Assembly (NCBI GenBank): GCA_003565735.1
Contig: PXBB01000002.1
Location: 4,477-68,476, forward strand
Length of the DNA stretch: 64,000 nucleotides
Direction of reading: 5' to 3'
Origin: Bacteroidales bacterium
Lineage (GTDB): Bacteria; Bacteroidota; Bacteroidia; Bacteroidales; PXBB01
In this document: positions 10,698 to 18,456 of the stretch, in pieces
Layout of the letters: each line of letters opens with the position of its first letter
How positions within the stretch are numbered: position 1 is the first letter of the stretch
Translations under genes and position numbers: made by a program
The notes under the pieces: generated by a model
What the model was told of the DNA's origin: nothing
Seen by the model: the letters and a program-made list of their open reading frames with translations, nothing else
Databases searched by the model: none

Positions 10698-10980
10698 TGT
10701 AAAAATATAAATTCTTATAGTAAAACTTTTACAAACTGTTAATTCTGTCCACCCAAATATTTGAAGCACTTAACAAACAGAAACCTTACCCCTTTACTCC
10801 TATCCTTTTGTAACGACTAAACAATGTACAAGTGAAGAAATAACTGTTAAAAAAAAATTGGAATTAAAAATTTGACAAAACTTACGCTGGTTGTGAAAAG
10901 TTTTCAAGTAATACACAAGAGCACCTTCATAACTTTCGACTGGTTCTAATATTATAATTTGCTGAATACTGACGTAGCTT

Positions 10981-12801
10981 CTAACTTATCAACTTTTGAT
11001 ACGCTTCGACATTCAAATCTTTACAGGTATTATTGATACAAATAGTAGGTTTCGACGATCGTTTTTGTAAACTTCCCGGCCTTATTAAGCCTGCATTAAT
11101 AACTGTTGGTGTACCGTAAACAGCATACTGATTGCGGCTCCACTTTACGGCCATATTATAGAAATCGCATGACAGAGGTGATTTAAAGGACAGAGGTTCA
11201 ACCACGCTGTTAGTCAACAGTTTGTACCTTACGATAGCTGCTTCTGCCATAGATACAGCTGATGGGTAGGGATGGTCGTGGGTGGAAGCAGGCACCGGCC
11301 CTATCAGGCTGTCTGTTGATGCATACCAATTCCCATTTCTTTTAAAACTTAACACGCCCTTTAATAATGTTTCCAGAGTAGCTTTTTCTACGGCATCTTC
11401 TTCAAAGAGGTAAGTACCGAGCAATAACATGGCAGCCATATCCTCAAGGTATGTTTTGTCCTGTACAGCACCGCCTAAAGAAGCATGTGCTATCATCCCA
11501 TGGGGACGTTTATGCTTAAGTAAAAGCTTTTCGAACACCATCTTAGCTTTACCGAAAGTATCAAATCCGGCATACCTGTGCGCATATATGAATGCTATAG
11601 CTGCCAAGGCATTCCAGGAAGTAATGCACTTGTCATCGCGAAATGGTTGCGGTCTTTCTGCACGCTGCTTTAAAAGTTTAGCTTCTATTTCATCCAGTGG
11701 AGCATCCTTCTTCTTTATCAAATGACAGCGCCCTTCAAAGCTGTGACACAGATACCTTTGATGAAAAATTTTAGCTTCATCAGGAGTCAGCAACTGTTTT
11801 ATTTCATCTTCGGTCCATAAGTACGTCAAGCCCTCCTGATGATTAGTGTCGGCATCATGAGCTGCTGCAAGCAAGTCTCCAGCTTCAAAAGTTTCCTCTA
11901 AGCACTTAATTATTGCTGCAACCACATCCTTAAATTCCAAAAGCTTGAATCTGTGAGTCGCTAAAGCATAATTCATAAGCATCATGGCCTGGTCGTAAAG
12001 CATTTTTTCGAAATGAGGCACGCGCCATCTTCTATCAGTACAGTAGCGATAAAAGCCACCCTGCAAATGATCGTGCAAGCCCGAACGACTCATGGTCTGT
12101 AAGGTATAACGCAAAAATGTATCGGTATATTCATTGAAGTTTTGCAAATGAAGCAGGTAAAATAAAGTGGCATGAGGTGGAAACTTTTGCATGCCATAAA
12201 GCCCCCCCTCTTCCGTATCGAAATATTGATACATGGCAGAGCATATTTGGCTTTCATCTTTAAATCCAAAGTCATCTGTTTTGGCTTCTCCTGAAATTGG
12301 AACAGATATGTTGAATGATGAAAAGGAAGCTTTTTTTTGATTGTAAGCTATTAAAACTTCTTTCAGTATGTTTAAAAATGAAGGGCGGCCATACCCACCT
12401 TCTTTGGCAGGCGCAAACATCAAGGCATAAAAGGGTTTTAAATCCGGTGTGGCAAACACATTCAAAGGCCATCCACCTTGCCCCGTTTCCTTTTGCAAAT
12501 ATGCCATCATCCAGTCATCAATATCAGGATGCGTTTCCCTGTCAATTTTTACACACACAAAATGCTTGTTCAAAAATGCCGCCGTCGAGGCATCAGAAAA
12601 TGCATCTGACGCCATGACATGGCACCAGTGACATGTCGAGTAACCACTCGACAATAACAATGGCTTAGATTTTTCGGCGGCATACTTTAAAGTGTCTTCA
12701 TTAAACTCCTGCCACCAAACCGGATTTTTTGCATGTTGTCTTAAATACGGCGAAAAAGATTTCTCCAGATTGTTTTTATGATATGTTTCAGTGGGCTCCA
12801 T
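10981..12801 (-). CDS. YyaL/SPATA20-like protein (DUF255 thioredoxin-like domain plus alpha/alpha-barrel)
   Basis: SPYLRQHAKNPVWW, GYSTCHWCHVMA..F, KIDRE.HPD.D, GGWPL, GGFYRY.TD..W.VPHFEKMLYDQA, RDDK.ITSWN. Confidence 0.92.
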   Translation of the reverse strand: MEPTETYHKNNLEKSFSPYLRQHAKNPVWWQEFNEDTLKYAAEKSKPLLLSSGYSTCHWCHVMASDAFSDASTAAFLNKHFVCVKIDRETHPDIDDWMMAYLQKETGQGGWPLNVFATPDLKPFYALMFAPAKEGGYGRPSFLNILKEVLIAYNQKKASFSSFNISVPISGEAKTDDFGFKDESQICSAMYQYFDTEEGGLYGMQKFPPHATLFYLLHLQNFNEYTDTFLRYTLQTMSRSGLHDHLQGGFYRYCTDRRWRVPHFEKMLYDQAMMLMNYALATHRFKLLEFKDVVAAIIKCLEETFEAGDLLAAAHDADTNHQEGLTYLWTEDEIKQLLTPDEAKIFHQRYLCHSFEGRCHLIKKKDAPLDEIEAKLLKQRAERPQPFRDDKCITSWNALAAIAFIYAHRYAGFDTFGKAKMVFEKLLLKHKRPHGMIAHASLGGAVQDKTYLEDMAAMLLLGTYLFEEDAVEKATLETLLKGVLSFKRNGNWYASTDSLIGPVPASTHDHPYPSAVSMAEAAIVRYKLLTNSVVEPLSFKSPLSCDFYNMAVKWSRNQYAVYGTPTVINAGLIRPGSLQKRSSKPTICINNTCKDLNVEAYQKLIS

Positions 12802-12917
12802 AATATCTGTCTTATTTTATTTAAAATGCAAATTTACATATTTATTTTTAATAAATCTAATTTTAAATAATTAAAAGTGTCTTACTTTAGAATTTGGCAA
12901 AGGAGCTAAAAAAAGAT

Positions 12918-14090
12918 TTAAAAGGCATAATTTAAACTTAGTACACAATAATATCCGGCATCCTGAAAGATAGACTTATCACCACCAGCAAAAATTTGCG
13001 TGATAAATTCAACATCAAGATTTGTTGCGGCAGAGAAATTAATATTGGGCATAATAAAGGCTGCTTCGATATCAGGGAGCGTCATTAAAGCGAGTCCTCC
13101 CTGAAAAAGGCTGGAAAAATGATGTAGTGCATTAATGGTCACAGCAAATTCCGAAAACATAATATTATCTGGTCTGAGTGGTTGAGTAATCATAAAATGT
13201 TCATGTTCGGAGCGTTTGTGACCGCCATTATAAAGTAATTCAAGCACAACAAAAGTACCCGTATTAAACATATAGTCAATACCGGCGGCAGCCACAAAAT
13301 TGCCACGCTGCTTGTGCGGTTTTTCTTCCACATCGTAAAACCATGTTCCTTCGCCTTTAAAGCCGGTACTTCTTATATTTCCTGCCCAACCGGTACCAAT
13401 GGCTAAACGATTTTTATAATAGCCGGCCAGGAACTGCAAATCATATGCTTTATAGTTTTTCGAAACCAGCATGGCACCGGCACTTTCTTTAATATCATCG
13501 GCAGGGCTGTAAGCCATTTCTATTCTTGATGCAAAACCTGTGTGATATTGAACTCGTAAGGCATCTGAACCGGGGCGCTCTTGGTAATCAAAGTCAAAAA
13601 AAGAATATGTATTAAAAAGATCGTTAGGGTTGGAAATTACATTCATACCCCAGTTGATGCGCTGACGTCCGGCCCTGATATGCCATTTGTTATAATTGAA
13701 GTCAAGGTAAAGCCTGTCAAATGAGCTGTGAGCAATCCAATCGCCACTATCCAACCACATGCAACTTAAATCGAAAAAACCATCGTCGCTTTCGAACATA
13801 GTTTTTAAAATAGGGTAAGAACTCAATACCGGATTATACAATACCCTGTTGCGCATAGCGGCATGCACATTAAAATTATCAGAAAAACGCCATGTAAAGT
13901 TCAATCTGTTGTGGAGCAGGTTATCATATACAGCATCCGAGAAATCGTGTTCCACACGCAAGCCACTCAAGTTTTTAACATAACCTGTGAACGCATACTT
14001 TTTGGCGTTTTCCGCACTATTTTCCGCCAATACAACATTAAAAAATGCAAGTAAAAGCTGAACAAGAATTATCTTTTTATACGTTTTCAT
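12918..14090 (-). CDS. Putative outer-membrane beta-barrel protein of the LolA-like/ABC operon
   Basis: Signal peptide; DRLYLD...GRQRINWG...PNDLFN...ERPGSDA; amphipathic strands; terminal aromatic (NYAF). Confidence 0.75.
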   Translation of the reverse strand: MKTYKKIILVQLLLAFFNVVLAENSAENAKKYAFTGYVKNLSGLRVEHDFSDAVYDNLLHNRLNFTWRFSDNFNVHAAMRNRVLYNPVLSSYPILKTMFESDDGFFDLSCMWLDSGDWIAHSSFDRLYLDFNYNKWHIRAGRQRINWGMNVISNPNDLFNTYSFFDFDYQERPGSDALRVQYHTGFASRIEMAYSPADDIKESAGAMLVSKNYKAYDLQFLAGYYKNRLAIGTGWAGNIRSTGFKGEGTWFYDVEEKPHKQRGNFVAAAGIDYMFNTGTFVVLELLYNGGHKRSEHEHFMITQPLRPDNIMFSEFAVTINALHHFSSLFQGGLALMTLPDIEAAFIMPNINFSAATNLDVEFITQIFAGGDKSIFQDAGYYCVLSLNYAF

Positions 14091-14185
14091 TTCTTATTAT
14101 TATGATAATCGAATCCTACATTTTTATACTATCTCGTTAAGTTCATCGGTTTCATTATGCAGGATTCGAAAGGTTTATTTTATCA

Positions 14186-14872
14186 TTATTTGTTAACATC
14201 TTCGCTTACAGCACCATCAATAAGGGTTACAACACGTCTGGCTCTGTCAATTACTCTTTGGTCATGTGTTGAAAAAAGCAATGTGATATTTTCTTCTTTG
14301 TTGAGCCTGGCCATAATATCCAAAAGATTGAGTGCCGACTGTGTATCAAGGTTAGCTGTAGGCTCATCGGCCAGGATAAATTTTGGTTTTGAAGCCAAAG
14401 CTCTTGCTACGGCCACTCTTTGCTGCTGACCACCTGAAAGCTTGCTGGGTCTGACGTCCATCTTATCTCCAAGACCAACAGCTTGCAAAAGTTCCTCTGC
14501 CCTTTTGTTCATTTCATTGCTTTTCATTTTTTGTAACAACATAATAAATGAAACATTTTCTTTTGCAGTAAGTACGGGAATAAGATTATAGGATTGAAAT
14601 ACAAAACCAATATTTTTTAAGCGAAAGTCAAAAAGTTTACGCTCTTTAAGTTTTGATATATCTACATTTTCGATAAATATTTCACCATCGGTAGGCTTAT
14701 CCAGACCGCCAATAAGGTTCAAAAAGGTTGTTTTACCACTGCCCGAAGGGCCTACAATGGCCGTAAATTCGCCTTCGTTGAATTTAATATTTACATTGTT
14801 TACTGCTTTAACGGGTGCTACGCCACCATTATATACTTTTACCAGATTTTTTGTTTCTATAACTGTTTTCAT
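14186..14872 (-). CDS. ABC transporter ATP-binding protein (LolD/MacB type)
   Basis: Walker A GPSGSGKT, LSGGQQQRVAVARAL, Walker B ILADEPTANLD, STHD. Start at MKTVIE preferred. Confidence 0.95.
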   Translation of the reverse strand: MKTVIETKNLVKVYNGGVAPVKAVNNVNIKFNEGEFTAIVGPSGSGKTTFLNLIGGLDKPTDGEIFIENVDISKLKERKLFDFRLKNIGFVFQSYNLIPVLTAKENVSFIMLLQKMKSNEMNKRAEELLQAVGLGDKMDVRPSKLSGGQQQRVAVARALASKPKFILADEPTANLDTQSALNLLDIMARLNKEENITLLFSTHDQRVIDRARRVVTLIDGAVSEDVNK

Positions 14873-14913
14873 AATATTTAATATTTTAATATTTAACATT
14901 TTTTTTTAATTAA

Positions 14914-16140
14914 CTATTCGCTTCTTACCGCTTCAACAGGCGAAAGCCTGATAGCTTTAACAGCTGGATAAACAGCTGCCAAAACTGCAAAAACCATGAC
15001 CATAATGCCTATTTGAAAATACATTTGGGGGTCGAGGTCTAAATAAAGCACAGTGGCATATCCGAAATCTTCAAGCCCCTCGGCTCCCACGCCTTCAAGG
15101 TTTATGCCTTTGACTTTGAAATGTCTGATCATCCCGTAAGAAAGTATTAATCCTGAGACACCTGCTATAAATGAAAGCATTATGGTTTCAAAAATTATCA
15201 TCAAAAAGACTTTGGTTCTCTTCATGCCAATGGCCATAAGAATGCCAAATTCTTTAACTCTTTCGAGGACAGACATAAGAATTGTGTTGAACAAACCAAA
15301 AGATACACCGAGAATTATGATACCAACCATCCATATAAGATTTTGATTGAGGAACTCTAAAGAATAGTATAAAGAGGGCTCCATATCTGCCCAGTGCTTT
15401 ACATCCAATTCTGGGAAAGCCTTTCTAATCTTTTCTGCCATAAGCCTGTAGTTATCAACATCATCAATGACAACAGCTATTTCCGTTACATGCTTTTCTT
15501 TGCCAATCAAATCATATATATTTTTTGATTGTATAAACACCGTGGATTCTTCAAAGCGGCGTGAACTTAGTTTGTATAGTCCTTCTACCACAAAAGATGC
15601 ACTGATCATCTCTCCTTTTATATCCTGAAATGTCAACACAATTCTTGAACCAACCGACACATTAATAGTATTGGCCAGGGCCTCTCCTATTATAATTGAA
15701 GGCAAGCGACCCTCATTTTCAAAATAAGTGCCCTCGGTGATCAGGCTGTTTAGGTTTGTTGTAAGGGCTTCGGCTAATGCATCTACACCCTTAATCCTGA
15801 CACCAGCATTTAGATTTGCCGATGCTACCATACCTTCAACAACACTGCGTTCAGAGACACTATGAACACCATCTATCGCTTCAATTTCTTTGGCTATGTG
15901 AATGCCGTTTTTTATATAGAACCGTGCTTCCGGATTGGCAACAAACTTTGGGTGATGTACCTGAATATGCGATGTACGGTTATCTACGGCTTCCTCAAAC
16001 TGCTGTTTTTCAGCAGCCAACCTAATTGCCCCTGAAAAAATACCACCCATTATGCCTATGATAATGGCTATGATAATGATACTGCTGCGGATCTTGTTCC
16101 GCCAAATATTTCTCCATGATATTTTTAATATTTTTTTCAT
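14914..16140 (-). CDS. ABC transporter permease, LolC/E (FtsX-like) family
   Basis: SWRNIWRNKIRS; NTILMSVLERVKEFGILMAIG; YPAVKAIRLSPVEAVR. Confidence 0.9.
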   Translation of the reverse strand: MKKILKISWRNIWRNKIRSSIIIIAIIIGIMGGIFSGAIRLAAEKQQFEEAVDNRTSHIQVHHPKFVANPEARFYIKNGIHIAKEIEAIDGVHSVSERSVVEGMVASANLNAGVRIKGVDALAEALTTNLNSLITEGTYFENEGRLPSIIIGEALANTINVSVGSRIVLTFQDIKGEMISASFVVEGLYKLSSRRFEESTVFIQSKNIYDLIGKEKHVTEIAVVIDDVDNYRLMAEKIRKAFPELDVKHWADMEPSLYYSLEFLNQNLIWMVGIIILGVSFGLFNTILMSVLERVKEFGILMAIGMKRTKVFLMIIFETIMLSFIAGVSGLILSYGMIRHFKVKGINLEGVGAEGLEDFGYATVLYLDLDPQMYFQIGIMVMVFAVLAAVYPAVKAIRLSPVEAVRSE

Positions 16141-16165
16141 TTTTTCCTGATTAAAAAGTTAATAC

Positions 16166-17392
16166 TTATTTTCTTGAAGCTTTTACCATGTCTAAGCGTA
16201 ATACTTTAACAACAGGGTATAATCCGATAGCAACAGCAATAAAGAAAACTGTCAGACCTTGCTGCAAAAATATTTCCGGTGCAACAGAGAAAGCAAATAC
16301 AGGCTCAATACCCATGTCAATCATGACGTCAGCCAAATCATCTTTCAAAGGGATTGGATTTTTATACAAACTGTACATCAGGGGATAACCTATAGCGATA
16401 CCTGCCAAAACTCCCAGAAAACTCATTAACAAGGTTTCCAACATGCATATGGCAGCCAATTTAATGCGCTTAAGACCTATTGACAACAATATTCCAAACT
16501 CTTTCATGCGTTCAAAAACCATTGTTATAATAGTACCAAGTATTCCAAAACCGACAACAGCATAAAGAATCCATGCCATCATTTTAACCTGGGCATTACG
16601 GACTTCAAAAGCTGCAATAGCATCTGGCAAAAGTTCTTCCCATGTATAAACAGTAAACCATTCATCATCTAAAGAGCTTTGAAGATCAGCCGACAGCATG
16701 TCAATATCAACGTGTTCCTCTGCCATAATGATAAGGTTGGTGACCCTATCAGGAGCAGCAAAAAGCCACTGCGCTTCGGCTAAAGGTAAATAGACCATGC
16801 TGTTGTTCTGTTCCGGCATAGGAAATCTAACGATACCACCCACTTTGTATTTACTGGCAGCAATCATTCCCTGAAAACCATTGCCAAGAAGCACTATAGT
16901 GTCGCCTAATTCCAGTTCTAATTGATTGGCAACACCTTCGGCTACAACAGCATAATTATCATTATCGTTAAACATGCGCCCTTGCGTGATACGCGATGAT
17001 ACATTGTTCATCTTGTTTTCTTTTTCCGGCTTTATGCCTGTAACCAGCACCCCACGTGTACCAATATCTTTAGAAGCCAAACAAAAATTCTGAATTCTGG
17101 GAACCGTATATGCTATACAGTTTTCATGCTGTTCAAGAAGTTGCATAACTTCAGGGCTAAGTTCCAATGCATAATCTATTGATGGTTCATCATCATACAA
17201 TACATCCTGAATTTGAATGTGTCCTGTCGTATTGCTTACAATAGATTCAATCATTTGTTGCTTCATACCCGAAACTATTGACATCAGTGCGATGGTGAGT
17301 ATGGCTGCAAACATTACTGAACTGACAGTGATGAGCGTGCGTTTTTTCTTACGCCATAAATTACGCCATGCTAAAACTAATAGTGTTTTCAT
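16166..17392 (-). CDS. ABC transporter permease, LolC/E (FtsX-like) family
   Basis: LAWRNLWRKKKRT; ERMKEFGILLSIG; one N-terminal and three C-terminal TM segments flanking a periplasmic domain. Confidence 0.9.
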   Translation of the reverse strand: MKTLLVLAWRNLWRKKKRTLITVSSVMFAAILTIALMSIVSGMKQQMIESIVSNTTGHIQIQDVLYDDEPSIDYALELSPEVMQLLEQHENCIAYTVPRIQNFCLASKDIGTRGVLVTGIKPEKENKMNNVSSRITQGRMFNDNDNYAVVAEGVANQLELELGDTIVLLGNGFQGMIAASKYKVGGIVRFPMPEQNNSMVYLPLAEAQWLFAAPDRVTNLIIMAEEHVDIDMLSADLQSSLDDEWFTVYTWEELLPDAIAAFEVRNAQVKMMAWILYAVVGFGILGTIITMVFERMKEFGILLSIGLKRIKLAAICMLETLLMSFLGVLAGIAIGYPLMYSLYKNPIPLKDDLADVMIDMGIEPVFAFSVAPEIFLQQGLTVFFIAVAIGLYPVVKVLRLDMVKASRK

Positions 17393-17422
17393 ATTTATTT
17401 GTTTTTTATTTTATGCTTAATA

Positions 17423-18184
17423 CTATCTAACATTTTTTAAATTCTGAATAGAGAAGAAGTCCTCGTCAATGGAAATATTAAAACGGGCATTTTCATACCT
17501 GATAATGGTTTTTTGATTTCTTCTGTCTGCCGGTATCATTTCCAAAACAGTAGGTATAGTGCGCCCACCCATATTTTTAATTTCCTTGAAAAGAATTGTT
17601 GACACCAGCACATCTGACTCATCATAATTTTCAATTTTCAGCTGCACATACGAATCTTTGCATATCCACATCAACACTTTGCCATAAACAATGGATGACT
17701 CAGGCTTAGGTATCAGCTCCAAAACCCATGCACGACGCCCCTGAATGGTTTCCTTGCGTAACACACGGTGGCTATAGTCGTCAATTGTGGAACTTTCTCT
17801 TACAAGATCATCATTTGAAAAATCACTCCCCATCCACGATTGAGACATCATTGAGGGAGGCATTTTTATCAACCTGTCAATATTTGGCACATAATTCCAA
17901 ATTTCGTTACCTCTTTTCAGATATGCCGTACCTTTATCGCGTGCAGGTGCTGTTACTAATATCAAAGAATAATCATCTCCCTTTGACCAACTTTTCATAG
18001 AAATCTCACGAGTATATCGCGGACGTACAGTAGTCATTGTTAATTCACTATATGAAGAGTGCCCTCTCATGCGCTCTTCCATTTTTCTGATAATTTGGGC
18101 AGCATTTTCCTGTCCATTAATTGCCTTTGTACTTAAAAAAAGCATCAATAAGGCCAGCAGTTGTAGTGTTTTGTTTTTTTTCAT
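17423..18184 (-). CDS. LolA-like outer membrane lipoprotein-sorting protein
   Basis: Signal peptide; APARDKGTAYLK...IWNYVP...KMPPSMMSQSWMGSDFSNDDL. Confidence 0.88.
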   Translation of the reverse strand: MKKNKTLQLLALLMLFLSTKAINGQENAAQIIRKMEERMRGHSSYSELTMTTVRPRYTREISMKSWSKGDDYSLILVTAPARDKGTAYLKRGNEIWNYVPNIDRLIKMPPSMMSQSWMGSDFSNDDLVRESSTIDDYSHRVLRKETIQGRRAWVLELIPKPESSIVYGKVLMWICKDSYVQLKIENYDESDVLVSTILFKEIKNMGGRTIPTVLEMIPADRRNQKTIIRYENARFNISIDEDFFSIQNLKNVR

Positions 18185-18226
18185 TCTTTTAAATTTTTGA
18201 AGTTAATACTGATTTAATTTTTTGGT

Positions 18227-18240
18227 TGAACGTTCGGTCA
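18227..18240. promoter_or_regulatory. Near-palindromic operator, TetR-like
   Basis: TGAACG-TT-CGGTCA (one mismatch from a perfect palindrome), between the promoter and the ATG of the LolA-like gene. Confidence 0.45.
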
Positions 18241-18267
18241 TTTTTTGAGCGCTTTATTATTTTGAAG

Positions 18268-18297
18268 CAAAAGTAAAACAGGCTACGCCTCCACAAA
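18268..18297 (-). promoter_or_regulatory. Bacteroidota promoter (-33 TTTG, -7 TACTTTTG) for the LolA-like operon
   Basis: Minus-strand TTTG at 18294-18297 and TACTTTTG at 18268-18275, spacer 18 nt. Confidence 0.55.
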
Positions 18298-18308
18298 AGC
18301 AATTACTT

Positions 18309-18359
18309 ATGAATGACGTTTTTGAATGTTTCAGTGCCTAAATTAAAACCATGAATGCC
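18309..18359. promoter_or_regulatory. Three 9-bp direct repeats with 21-bp period (LytTR-type activator site candidate)
   Basis: ATGAATGAC (18309), TTCAGTGCC (18330), ATGAATGCC (18351), just upstream of the -33 element. Confidence 0.5.
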
Positions 18360-18456
18360 TGAGAAAGGGTTTCATTTTCACCCCCTATCCGATTATCTTC
18401 GAACAAAAAATCTCTGTAACACGTTTTATATAAGGTGTCTTAGGTTAAAAAAAATA

